Part shown: one piece after another, positions 9,424-18,919 of the stretch
Position numbering within the stretch: position 1 is the first letter of the stretch
Layout: every line of letters starts with the position of its first letter
Assembly (NCBI GenBank): GCA_046485135.1
Contig: JAWOHN010000257.1
Coordinates: 1 to 50,894 of the forward strand
DNA: 50,894 nucleotides
Direction of reading: 5' to 3'
Source: Anaerolineales bacterium
GTDB lineage: Bacteria; Chloroflexota; Anaerolineae; Anaerolineales; UBA4823
Position numbers and translations under genes: made by a program
The notes under the pieces: model-generated
What the model saw: only the letters and a program-made list of their open reading frames with translations
Told to the model about the DNA's origin: nothing
Database searches by the model: none

Positions 9424-10563
9424 TTAAATTGCTTTGTCATTATTATTCCAGCGGGTAAGCTGGGCGCGGGCGATGGCCCTTTCGAAATAACGTCCCTGGG
9501 AATTGATATTGCTGATGCCGCCTCGCTCAATGAGCACGTGCATGATGGGGCGGATTTGACGACCGTAGATCTCCATACAGGACCTGGGATAAATGCCCGG
9601 CCAGGAATAGCAAGAAACTGCATAACGGCGATGGCGGGTGGGTATGCAAGGTGGCACTTGTTCATAAGCGGGATCATCCGGTGAAAAAACGTATTGATCC
9701 AGATTGCCCTGGGGGATGCCTTCGATACCCTTAACGTAGAATGGTTCTGTGTTGCATTGGTAGGGATCCACGGATAAGTCGAGCAAGACGGTATGTTCGG
9801 GAAGGTAGGCAATCCAATCATTGGGGATGACCGGTAAGCCAGGGTCAGGTCGTTGGGTGGCGTCTACCAGGATGTCGGTGCGGGCTAAGATTTCTTGCAT
9901 GAAATTTTGGTAGGGGGTGATATCGTAGTCGATCACGTTGACTTGCACGCCAGGCACCCCTGCAGCGACCAGTTTTCGGCGTAATTTTTCATTCCCGTAA
10001 CGAACAGCAGCCTGGACGACGTGGCTGCCAACCGCGCCGGCTCCCAATAGGGTTACCTGGACCGGAGGGCGCTGCGGGCTTTCGAAGCCAGGGGCAGGAT
10101 AGATTTTTTGCAGTGTTTTGAAGGCAGCCTCGACTCCATTCCAGCCCACCGAGCGCAGGTTTTCGATCAAGCGCCGGCCGGAGTCATCCACCAGACCATC
10201 TAATGAGATTGCTTCCAGGCCGAGCGATCGCAATAGCGCTACACGTTGGGGACGAGTGGGGAAGTGTAACATGCACAGCAGGCAGGCGCCTGGATGCATC
10301 AGGCGGATTTCGTCATCGGTGGGATAACGGAGTACAAGGACATAATCCTGGCGGTAGGCTTCTTTGTGGGGCACAAAGCGGATCCCAGGAGCAACTGCCA
10401 GGTAATCCGCCTCGGTAAAGCCCATTTCAGAGCCATAGCCATGCTCAAGCACGACCTGCGCGCCTTGCTTATATAACCAGGCCACAAACGCCGGTAGGAA
10501 GTCCCGCTTTTCACCTGGTTCTTTGTACATTTGTGGGAGGCCAATGTGAATTCGATCCAGCAT
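9424..10563 (-). CDS. AlaDH/PNT-fold NAD(P)-dependent oxidoreductase, paralog 1
   Basis: IGLPQMYKE-EKR, LEHGYG, GAGAVG, DILVDAT, DLSVDPY; collinear with the downstream paralog. Confidence 0.7.
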   Translation of the reverse strand: MLDRIHIGLPQMYKEPGEKRDFLPAFVAWLYKQGAQVVLEHGYGSEMGFTEADYLAVAPGIRFVPHKEAYRQDYVLVLRYPTDDEIRLMHPGACLLCMLHFPTRPQRVALLRSLGLEAISLDGLVDDSGRRLIENLRSVGWNGVEAAFKTLQKIYPAPGFESPQRPPVQVTLLGAGAVGSHVVQAAVRYGNEKLRRKLVAAGVPGVQVNVIDYDITPYQNFMQEILARTDILVDATQRPDPGLPVIPNDWIAYLPEHTVLLDLSVDPYQCNTEPFYVKGIEGIPQGNLDQYVFSPDDPAYEQVPPCIPTRHRRYAVSCYSWPGIYPRSCMEIYGRQIRPIMHVLIERGGISNINSQGRYFERAIARAQLTRWNNNDKAI

Positions 10564-11099
10564 GCAATACCCTCTATGGAATAATTATAACTGCCGAGGT
10601 TGAGGCTTTTGAAGTGGTGGAACCTTCCCAAATGGTGTGCCATGGAGGAGTGTACAACCTGCGCAAACCATTTTTTTGGGAAATTTTTAAGCAAGCCCAA
10701 GCAGTTATAAATAGTTTACCATATGAAGTTGCTGGGTTTCTAGATTACGGGCAGAGATCACTGCAAGCTTGGGCGTCAATTATTGAGATGACAAATATCC
10801 ATGCATTTCGTGACAGGTGATACTAATAACAATGAGCATGATAAATTATAGTAAAGCTGATAAACCTTCTGGGAATTTCCAGCAGGATCCTGGTGAAGTT
10901 GCATGTGGTTAGAAAGCTCACGGGACCCAGTCTCATTAACAACATTACAGCATGGCGATGAAACTAGACATGGGTCAGGGGGCTATACCTATCATCAAAT
11001 CCAACCGGGTTGGCTGACCTCCAAGGGCTCCCGGAAGGGCATCAGAAATGGCTAGAGCTGGTGTACGCGCTGGCGAGTGGAAAAAAAAACCCCTTCTCA

Positions 11100-11117
11100 A
11101 AGTGAAATACTTCACAA
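11100..11117. promoter_or_regulatory. Putative Rex (NADH/NAD+ sensing repressor) operator
   Basis: AAGTGAAATACTTCACAA matches 12 of 14 defined positions of TTGTGAA-N4-TTCACAA; about 80 bp upstream of the CODH/ACS operon. Confidence 0.65.
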
Positions 11118-11196
11118 CATAACATTATTAAACTGTTTCCATGTTGTTCTCAATATCAACAACGGTTCGAATTATGATAGGAAAGGAAGGTGATGG

Positions 11197-11604
11197 ATGA
11201 TGACATCATCCCTGGACAAATTTAGTTTGGAAGTCCCCGCGCTGTATGGAGACCACCATGTGGTTGAGGTACGGCGCATTCTGTTAGCCCTGCCGGGTGT
11301 GGCAGATGTGTACGCCAGCAGCGCTTTCAGAATGGTTGAGGTTACCTTTGATCCCGACCAGCTTGCCCCAGATGCCATCATCGATGCATTAGGGAAAGTA
11401 GGTTACCTGGAGGAGATCTCCTGGCCGGAGGAAACGGGAAAACCAACCTACAACGTGGAAGGCGCCGACAGCCCGTTCTTCCGGCACACGGTAGCGTACG
11501 AGCAAACCAAGCAGTCGGTCAATTTTAACCAAGTTGTTCCTTACTCTGGCAGACCGCTGTGGACTTGCCCGGGAATGGGTGTAATTAAAACGATGGAGGA
11601 ATAG
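11197..11604 (+). CDS. Heavy-metal-associated (HMA)-fold protein with LYGDHH in place of MxCxxC and a C-terminal WTCPGMG motif
   Basis: Ferredoxin-like HMA pattern (LEVPALYGDHHVVEVRRILLALPGVADV...VEVTFDP...IIDALGKVGY); ends 3 nt before cooS. Confidence 0.75.
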   Translation: MMTSSLDKFSLEVPALYGDHHVVEVRRILLALPGVADVYASSAFRMVEVTFDPDQLAPDAIIDALGKVGYLEEISWPEETGKPTYNVEGADSPFFRHTVAYEQTKQSVNFNQVVPYSGRPLWTCPGMGVIKTMEE

Positions 11605-11607
11605 GAC

Positions 11608-13629
11608 ATGGCAAAAGGAAAACGTAGCATTGAAGAGAGAACCACAGATCCGGCTGCCCAGGAGATCCTCATCTATGCCGACGAGGTAGGAATTGGGACG
11701 GCATTTACCCGGGCTGAGGAAATGACAGCGTGCAATATCGGTGGAGCAGGCATGTGCTGCAAATTGTGCGGCATGGGGCCCTGCCGGCTGACCAAAGAGG
11801 GGCAGACCGGTGTATGCGGCGCGACCATTGACACGATCCAGGCGCGCAACTTAATCCGGGCGATTGCAGCAGGGGCGGCAGCCCACTCGGACCATGGCAG
11901 GGACATGGCTTTTACATTAAAGGCGGTAGCAAATGGGGAGACCGAAGGGTATGTAATCCGGGACGTGGCCAAGTTGCGCAACGTGGCTGCGCGGTACAAC
12001 ATCCCCATTGAGAAGCGCTCCCCGACGGAGATTGCCAACGACCTGGCCGATCTGTATATCAGCCAGTTTGGCCAGCAGCGCGGCGTATTGGCGCCGGTTT
12101 CCCAGGCGCCAGCAAAACGGCAGAAACTGTGGGCCGATACAGGTGTACTGCCGCGCGGTGTAGATCGCGAGGTAGTCGAATCCCTCCACCGGACTCATAT
12201 CGGCGACGACCAGGATGCAGAGCATATCCTACAGCATGCTATACGAGCAGCCCTATCGGATGGCTGGGGTGGTAGCATGATCGCCACAGATGTTTCGGAT
12301 ATCTTATTCGGCACACCTGCCCCCGTTTTAGGACAGGCCAACCTGGGTGTACTTAAGGATGATATGGTCAATGTAGTTGTACACGGTCATGAGCCTACCC
12401 TGAGCCAGATGATTGTGGCAGCCACGCAGGACCCAGAGATCATCGAATATGCCAAGGCCGCGGGCGCTAAGGGTGTCAATCTGTCCGGTATCTGCTGCAC
12501 GGCGAACGAGATCCTGATGCGCCAGGGTGTACCGGCGGCGGGTAATTTCTTGCACCAGGAGCTGGCCATCTTGACCGGCGCGGTGGAAGCGATGGTGGTG
12601 GATGTGCAGTGTATCATGCAGGCGCTGGTAGCTTTGGCGGAAAAATTCCACACCAAAGTCATCACCACTTCACCCAAAGTGAAAATCAAAGGCGCCACGC
12701 ATATCGAGTTTGATGAACACAAAGCCTTATCGACAGCCAAGCAGATCTTGAAAACGGCTATCGATAATTATGCAAATCGAGGCGCTACGCGCATTCCGAA
12801 TTACCGGGAAGATCTGATCCCCGGCTTTTCGCACGAATATATCAACTATATGTTGGGTGGAAGCTACCGGGCCTCTTTCCGGCCACTAAATGACGCGATT
12901 ATGTCTGGACGTATTCGCGGCGTGGCGGCGATCGTGGGTTGCAACAACCCGCGTAGCAAGCAAGATTACCTGCACAACTATGTCGCCAAAGAGCTGCTAA
13001 AACAGGATGTATTGATCGTCGAGACCGGTTGTGGAGCGATCGCCGCTGCCAAGGAAGGCTTGCTGCTGGGCGAAGCTGGTCTGGATAAGGTCGGCCCGGG
13101 GCTGCGAGAGGTATGCGAGACAGTGGGTATCCCGCCAGTGCTGCATATGGGCTCTTGTGTGGACAACACCCGCATCCTGACCGTTCTGACCCAGGTGGTT
13201 GCAGAAGGTGGCCTGGGCGATGACATCGACCAGGTGCCGGCAGTAGGCCTGGCGCCGGAATGGATGAGCGAGAAAGCGCTTTCGATTGGGACTTACTGCG
13301 TAGCCTCTGGAGCGTATGTGATCTTCGGCGGCTCTTCACCAGTGAGCGGTATGCCCGACAAGGTATCGGATAGCGATATCGTGGCGAACTATATCAGCTC
13401 AGGATGGGAGAAACTATACGGCGGGAAGCTGGAATTCGTTCCAGACCCGGACGAGATGATCCGCCTGACGCTGGAGCATATCGACAAGAAGCGGGCAGCC
13501 CTGGGCTTGCCTGAGTATGATCCTGAGCGGTTTGGACGCAGCGGTGACGAGCGGATGATGGAGCTAGAAGCCCTGCCGCTGGAAGAACGCCGCGCAGCGC
13601 TATACGGAATGGCCAAGGTAGGAGGTTAA
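11608..13629 (+). CDS. cooS: Anaerobic Ni-CO dehydrogenase catalytic subunit (CooS/AcsA)
   Basis: D/B-cluster CNIGGAGMCCKLCGMGPC...C; C-cluster ligands in HGHEP, GICCT, DVQC, GCNN, TGCG, GSCVD; SEKA lysine. Confidence 0.97.
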   Translation: MAKGKRSIEERTTDPAAQEILIYADEVGIGTAFTRAEEMTACNIGGAGMCCKLCGMGPCRLTKEGQTGVCGATIDTIQARNLIRAIAAGAAAHSDHGRDMAFTLKAVANGETEGYVIRDVAKLRNVAARYNIPIEKRSPTEIANDLADLYISQFGQQRGVLAPVSQAPAKRQKLWADTGVLPRGVDREVVESLHRTHIGDDQDAEHILQHAIRAALSDGWGGSMIATDVSDILFGTPAPVLGQANLGVLKDDMVNVVVHGHEPTLSQMIVAATQDPEIIEYAKAAGAKGVNLSGICCTANEILMRQGVPAAGNFLHQELAILTGAVEAMVVDVQCIMQALVALAEKFHTKVITTSPKVKIKGATHIEFDEHKALSTAKQILKTAIDNYANRGATRIPNYREDLIPGFSHEYINYMLGGSYRASFRPLNDAIMSGRIRGVAAIVGCNNPRSKQDYLHNYVAKELLKQDVLIVETGCGAIAAAKEGLLLGEAGLDKVGPGLREVCETVGIPPVLHMGSCVDNTRILTVLTQVVAEGGLGDDIDQVPAVGLAPEWMSEKALSIGTYCVASGAYVIFGGSSPVSGMPDKVSDSDIVANYISSGWEKLYGGKLEFVPDPDEMIRLTLEHIDKKRAALGLPEYDPERFGRSGDERMMELEALPLEERRAALYGMAKVGG

Positions 13630-13634
13630 AACCA

Positions 13635-15917
13635 ATGTCACGCTATATTGCTAAACGTGCTATGCGCGGCGCAAACGCCCTGGTAAATGAAGCCGAGCTG
13701 ATGCTGAAAAAGGCGCTGGCGGAAAAAGGGCCTGACACACCCGTACAGTTCCCGAACACGGCCTATTACCTGCCGATGATGTTGGGGATGACGGGCGTCC
13801 CAGTGGAGACGCTCGGACAAATCGAACCGATCTTGGAACACGCACGCTCGCTGCTGCACCCGTTGCCATCTGGGCAACGTTGGACCCCGTACCTGGGAGA
13901 AACGTTGGATAGCGGCATGGCGACCCTGCTGGCGGCGGAGGCTATCGAAGCGGTCCGTTTTGTGTATGGATTGCAACCGGAGCCGATGCCGGGCTTCCAA
14001 CTGGCAGGGGGGACCAACTATGCCGGAATGAATGGCGGCAGTGGGAACGGGGGCGGGCACCTGAATGGCCCGATCGATGATATCCAGTTGCGTTCATGGG
14101 GTATCCAGCTGGTGGATGGGCGTATGCCCGGGTTTGCAGCCATCGTAGGCGCGGCCAAAAATAACGAGGTAGCAGTCACGCTGGTGCGTGAGCTGCAAAA
14201 GCGCAATATCCTGACTTTCCTATCTGGAAATGTCAATGGGCGCAGCATCATCCACCAGTTGATGGAAGAAGGGGTTGAGCTGGGTTACGATACTTATACC
14301 GTCCCCTTTGGAACTGATACCATCAGCGCCATCTATGCCCTGGGCTTCGCGGTACGCTCGGCGTTGACCTTCGGTGGGATGAAAGGCGGCATGGCCCGGG
14401 ATATCCTGATGTACAACAAGAACCGGGTGTTCGCCTTCGTCCTGGCCCTGGGCGAGGTCGACGACTTGAAATATGCGGCCGCGGCGGGAGCGATCAACTT
14501 TGGTTTCCCGGTAATAGCCGATACGGTCATCCCGCAGATCCTGCCCACGGGCGTGACCACCTACGAACACGTGGTGAGCATGCCCTTTGAAGAAATCGAT
14601 GGCAAAACCGATGAAGAAAAGGCAGAGCGCCTGGTGCAGAAATGCATCGAAGTGCGCGGCGTAAAAGTCAAAATGGCAGATGTGCCGGTGCCGGTGCCTT
14701 ATGGCTCTGCCTTTGAAGGCGAGGTGGTGCGCAAGAACGACATGCGGGTGGAATTTGGCGGCAAGCGCTCACGCTGCTTTGAATACCTGCATATGGCTCC
14801 CTTAGACAGTATTGTGGATGGAAAGGTCGAGCTGGTTGGCCCGAGTTTTGACGACATCGCTGCCCAGGGCAGCATGGACATGGGCATCGTGGTTGAAGTG
14901 GCTGGGCGCCAGATGCAGGAAGACTTTGAACCGGTGCTGGAGCGACAGATCCACTACTTCGTCAACGGCGCTTCTGGCATCCAGCATATCGGACAGCGCG
15001 ATATCGCCTGGATCCGTATCTCAAACGGCGCGGCCGAGAAGGGCTTCAACCTGGAACATTTCGGCAAAATCCTACACGCGCGTTTTCACTCCGATTTTGG
15101 CGCGATCGTGGACAAGGTGCAAGTGACGATCTTCACCGACCCGGCTCTGCACGCAGAGTGGCTGGAGAAAGCCCGGGCGGCCTACGACCATCGCAACAAG
15201 CGTCTGGCAGACCTGACTGACGACCGGGTGGAAGAGTTCTACTCCTGCACCCTGTGCCAGTCCTTTGCCCCGAACCACGTGTGCGTGGTCAGCCCGGAAC
15301 GGCTGGGATTATGCGGTGCGTACAACTGGCTGGACTGTAAGGCTTCATTTAGCATTAACCCCACTGGCCCCAACCAACCGATCAAGCTAGGTAAGATTAT
15401 TGATCCGGTAAAGGGTTATTGGACCGGAACGAATGATTACGCCAAAGTCGGCTCGCATGGCGTGGTGGAAGAGGTCTCCATGTACTCGATCATGGAGAAC
15501 CCAATGACGGCTTGCGGCTGCTTTGAGTGCATCGTGATGCTGATTCCAGAGGCTAATGGGGTTATGGTTGTCAGCCGGGAGGACCCCAGCATGACGCCGG
15601 CTGGCATGACCTTTAGCACGCTGGCAGGCATTGCCGGCGGCGGCTTACAGACACCTGGGGTGATGGGCGTGGGTAAATTCTACCTGATCAGCCCCAAGTT
15701 CATCTCGGCCGACGGCGGCTTCAAGCGGGTCATCTGGATGAGCAGCGTCTTAAAAGAGAGCATGGCAGATGAGCTGCAAGCTGTTGCCGAGCGAGAAGGC
15801 GACCTAGATCTGATCAACAAGATCCCTGACGACCGCAGCGCAAACACAGTCGAAGAGTTGTTGGCCTGGTTAGAAGAACATAACCATCCTGCCTTGGTTA
15901 TGGATCCGATTTTCTAA
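13635..15917 (+). CDS. acsB: Acetyl-CoA synthase (CODH/ACS, bacterial type)
   Basis: FPNTAYYLP N-terminal domain; A-cluster motifs CTLCQSFAPNHVC, GLCGA, PMTACGCFEC. Confidence 0.97.
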   Translation: MSRYIAKRAMRGANALVNEAELMLKKALAEKGPDTPVQFPNTAYYLPMMLGMTGVPVETLGQIEPILEHARSLLHPLPSGQRWTPYLGETLDSGMATLLAAEAIEAVRFVYGLQPEPMPGFQLAGGTNYAGMNGGSGNGGGHLNGPIDDIQLRSWGIQLVDGRMPGFAAIVGAAKNNEVAVTLVRELQKRNILTFLSGNVNGRSIIHQLMEEGVELGYDTYTVPFGTDTISAIYALGFAVRSALTFGGMKGGMARDILMYNKNRVFAFVLALGEVDDLKYAAAAGAINFGFPVIADTVIPQILPTGVTTYEHVVSMPFEEIDGKTDEEKAERLVQKCIEVRGVKVKMADVPVPVPYGSAFEGEVVRKNDMRVEFGGKRSRCFEYLHMAPLDSIVDGKVELVGPSFDDIAAQGSMDMGIVVEVAGRQMQEDFEPVLERQIHYFVNGASGIQHIGQRDIAWIRISNGAAEKGFNLEHFGKILHARFHSDFGAIVDKVQVTIFTDPALHAEWLEKARAAYDHRNKRLADLTDDRVEEFYSCTLCQSFAPNHVCVVSPERLGLCGAYNWLDCKASFSINPTGPNQPIKLGKIIDPVKGYWTGTNDYAKVGSHGVVEEVSMYSIMENPMTACGCFECIVMLIPEANGVMVVSREDPSMTPAGMTFSTLAGIAGGGLQTPGVMGVGKFYLISPKFISADGGFKRVIWMSSVLKESMADELQAVAEREGDLDLINKIPDDRSANTVEELLAWLEEHNHPALVMDPIF

Positions 15918-15998
15918 GCGATAACTTGATGGGGGGTGGAGCATAGTGACAAGCTCCACCTTCCCATCCTGTTGCATATCCCAATACAGGTGCGAGAG

Positions 15999-16535
15999 AT
16001 GATGAGCGACGAGAGTCTCCCCTCTGCCCGCCTGGTACGCGACCTGATGAAGGTCGGTGTGCCTACCTGCTCTCCGGATACTCCCGTCCCGGCATTGGCG
16101 CGCCTGTTTGTGGATTTGAACTACGAAGCAATAGTTGTATTGAGTCCGGAGGACGGGCATGCCATCGGCATTGTCAGCCAGCAAGAGCTGGTGGCGGCCT
16201 TCAGCCGGGAAGGCGGCCGAGGCTTGACGGCAGGAGATATCATGCGCGAAGAGGTCTCAAAAGCACCAGCGGATATCCCTCTGGAAGCAGCGGCTCAAAT
16301 TATGCTGGATACGGGTGTGCGAGTGCTGTTTCAAACGCATCATGCCGGTGGGATTGAATACCCAGCGGCAATGCTGACGTTCAACCACCTGTTGCGACAT
16401 CTGGCAGCACAAAGTGATGAAGAACTGAGCGATCTGGGCATCCAAGCCAGGCGAGAGGCGCCTTTAGAGGCGTATTTCAAACGGAGAAAAGAAGCCCGCG
16501 CCAGACATATTAAAACAGATCCGACAAAACCATAG
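15999..16535 (+). CDS. CBS-domain protein
   Basis: VRDLMKVGVPTCSPDTPV, GIVSQQEL, AGDIM..., LEAAAQIMLD form a tandem CBS pair; start uncertain (GTG 15936 or ATG 15999). Confidence 0.8.
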   Translation: MMSDESLPSARLVRDLMKVGVPTCSPDTPVPALARLFVDLNYEAIVVLSPEDGHAIGIVSQQELVAAFSREGGRGLTAGDIMREEVSKAPADIPLEAAAQIMLDTGVRVLFQTHHAGGIEYPAAMLTFNHLLRHLAAQSDEELSDLGIQARREAPLEAYFKRRKEARARHIKTDPTKP

Positions 16536-16555
16536 AAAGTTACAGGAGGGAACCC

Positions 16556-17530
16556 ATGCCCATTGAATTTGTGAAAGATAAATGGCCGGGCAAAGTCCGG
16601 TCAATCACGATTGGGGCAACCGCCGCAGATGGCGGTACGCGCTCCACGACCGTCACGGTAGGTGGCGAAAAATCGCTGCCATTTATGCATAGCGACAGCG
16701 AGATCCCTTACCGGCCGGTGGTGGCAGTGGAGATCAAGGATCGCTTTCCAGAGGATTGGTCAGCGCTGTTAGCGGAGACCTGGGGAGAGGTCATGAAGGA
16801 CCCGGCAGAGTGGGCCAAAGCAGCCGAGGGGGTTGGGGCGGACATGATCGTGCTGGCCTTGAGTGCAACAGATAAGGATGGCGCACCCACCACACCTGCG
16901 GGGGCAGTTGCAGCGGTCAAATCTGTACTTGCAGCGACCGGCTTGCCCCTGGCGGTTTTCGGACCGGGTCAGGCCGAGCTGGATAACGCCTTACTGGTGG
17001 CTGTGGCAGAGGCGACCAAAGGTGAAAGGCTGGTGCTGGGTTTGTGCGAGGATAAAAATTATCGCACGATCGTTGCTACAGCGATGGCCAACGATCACCT
17101 GGTGAGCGCACGTACGCCGATGGACGTTAACCTGGCCAAACAGCTCAATATATTAATCAGCGATATGGGTTTCCCGCTGGAACGGATCCTAATGGATCCC
17201 ACCACTGGGGCGCTGGGCTACGGGATTGAATACGGGTTTTCAGCCATGGAACGCTTGCGCCTGGCGGCTCTGCAAGGTGACAATATGACCCAGCTGCCCA
17301 TGATCGTTACACCTGGATTTGAGGCATGGAAGACGAAAGAATCTAAGGTCGGCTCAGGGGTTCCAGAAAGCTGGGGCGATTGGAAAGAACGTTCCATTAA
17401 CTGGGAAACTCTGACGGCAGTGGCGCTATTGGAAGCCGGTGCAGATATCCTGGTGCTGCGCCACCCTGAAAGTGTGCGGCGCGTCAAGGCAGCCATTGCA
17501 GATTTAATGGCGCCGGTCGAGCTGGCCTGA
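16556..17530 (+). CDS. acsD: Corrinoid iron-sulfur protein small subunit (CdhD/AcsD)
   Basis: VGGEKSLPF, TPMDVNLAKQLN, MDPTTGALGYGIEY, MERLRLAALQGD, AGADILVLRHP. Confidence 0.95.
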   Translation: MPIEFVKDKWPGKVRSITIGATAADGGTRSTTVTVGGEKSLPFMHSDSEIPYRPVVAVEIKDRFPEDWSALLAETWGEVMKDPAEWAKAAEGVGADMIVLALSATDKDGAPTTPAGAVAAVKSVLAATGLPLAVFGPGQAELDNALLVAVAEATKGERLVLGLCEDKNYRTIVATAMANDHLVSARTPMDVNLAKQLNILISDMGFPLERILMDPTTGALGYGIEYGFSAMERLRLAALQGDNMTQLPMIVTPGFEAWKTKESKVGSGVPESWGDWKERSINWETLTAVALLEAGADILVLRHPESVRRVKAAIADLMAPVELA

Positions 17531-17583
17531 GCCAAACAGGCGAGCAATTCGTTTGCGAAAAGAAAATACTCGGAGAAGTTACT

Positions 17584-18900
17584 ATGGCCCTCTCTGGAAT
17601 ACAAATTTATAAAATGCTTCCCCAAACAAACTGCAAGGAATGTGGATTTCCCACCTGCCTTGCCTTTGCTATGAAACTGGCAGCCAAGCAGGTAGAGCTG
17701 GCTTCCTGTCCTTATGTGAGTGAAGAATCAAAAGCCAAATTAGCCGAATCAGCTACTCCACCAATTCGCCTGGTGACGCTCAAATCGGACGGATTTGAGG
17801 TAAAGGCGGGCAATGAAGTGGTGCTGTTCCGGCATGAGAAGACTTTTTATAACAAACCGGGCATCTTTATCAAAGTGCGCGCTGATGCCAGCCCGGAGGA
17901 AATCAAGGCACAAGTTACGGCAGCTGGTGCTTACACTACGAATTATGTGGGCTTGGAGTTATTCCTGGATGGATTTGCTGTGGAGGCGAGTGGGGATGCC
18001 CAAGCATTTGCAAATGCAGTGCAGGCAGTGCGTGGTGCTTCCCATAAACCGTTGATCCTGATCAGCCGCGATCCGGCGGTCATGGCAGCAGGGCTGGGTG
18101 CACTGGATGGCGAAGTCCCGTTGGTGTACGCGGCCGATCCAGGCAATTGGGAAGCCATGGCAGATCTGGCCAAGCAGCACAAGGCCGCCTTGGCGGTCTC
18201 GGCTTCCACTTTGGAAGAGCTGGCTGACTTGACCGAAAAGATCAAAGCAAAGGGAGTTGAAGACCTGGTTTTGGATCCTGACAGCCAGAGTTTGAGCAGC
18301 TCCGTGGTCCAACAGACCCAGATCCGGCGGCTGGCTTTGAAGAAAAACTTCAAAGCGCTGGGTTACCCGAGCATTGCTTTCCCTACGGACGAAGCCAGTG
18401 CGGCTCAGGCCATTGCCAAGTATGCCGGCTTTATTGTGCTGGATCATTTTGCGCCTGAACTGGCCTACCCGCTGTTGGTCTTGCGCCAGAATATCTATAC
18501 AGACCCGCAAAAACCGATTCAGGTGCAGCCTGGGTTGTACGAGATCAATAACCCCAAAGCAGAAGATCCGCTCCTGGTTACCACCAACTTCAGCATTACC
18601 TATTTCAGCGTGGCAAACGAGGTAGAAGGCTCGGGCCTACCAGCCTGGCTGATGGTGGCGGATGCAGAAGGCATGAGCGTATTGACCGCCTGGGCTGCCG
18701 GCAAGTTCGATGCAGAACGAATCGCTAAAGCGGTCAAGACATTCAATGTAGCGGATAAGGTCAGCCGCAAGCGGATCGTCATTCCTGGTCATGTAGCTGT
18801 GCTCTCCGGCGAGCTGGAGGGTGAACTGCCTGGTTGGGAGATCCGGGTTGGTCCGCGCGAGGCAGTTGACCTGCCATCCTTCATGAAACAAGCACTTTAG
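17584..18900 (+). CDS. acsC: Corrinoid iron-sulfur protein large subunit (CdhE/AcsC)
   Basis: LPQTNCKECGFPTCLAFA...CP [4Fe-4S] motif; FRHEKTF; NIYTDPQKP; SVLTAWAAGKF. Confidence 0.96.
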   Translation: MALSGIQIYKMLPQTNCKECGFPTCLAFAMKLAAKQVELASCPYVSEESKAKLAESATPPIRLVTLKSDGFEVKAGNEVVLFRHEKTFYNKPGIFIKVRADASPEEIKAQVTAAGAYTTNYVGLELFLDGFAVEASGDAQAFANAVQAVRGASHKPLILISRDPAVMAAGLGALDGEVPLVYAADPGNWEAMADLAKQHKAALAVSASTLEELADLTEKIKAKGVEDLVLDPDSQSLSSSVVQQTQIRRLALKKNFKALGYPSIAFPTDEASAAQAIAKYAGFIVLDHFAPELAYPLLVLRQNIYTDPQKPIQVQPGLYEINNPKAEDPLLVTTNFSITYFSVANEVEGSGLPAWLMVADAEGMSVLTAWAAGKFDAERIAKAVKTFNVADKVSRKRIVIPGHVAVLSGELEGELPGWEIRVGPREAVDLPSFMKQAL

Positions 18901-18919
18901 TTAGCAAAAAGGGTAGATT

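Noticed and set aside
10533-10820. 95-aa + strand ORF in the divergent gap
   Set aside because: Overlaps the start of the minus-strand gene; no RBS or recognisable motif
11081-11089. A9 run as a phase-variation tract
   Set aside because: Short and intergenic; more simply an AT-rich UP-like element, with no evidence of length variation
10564-11196. Riboswitch (cobalamin, NiCo, c-di-GMP, THF) in the long leader
   Set aside because: Only scattered partial words; no complete consensus visible by eye. An Rfam/Infernal scan would settle it
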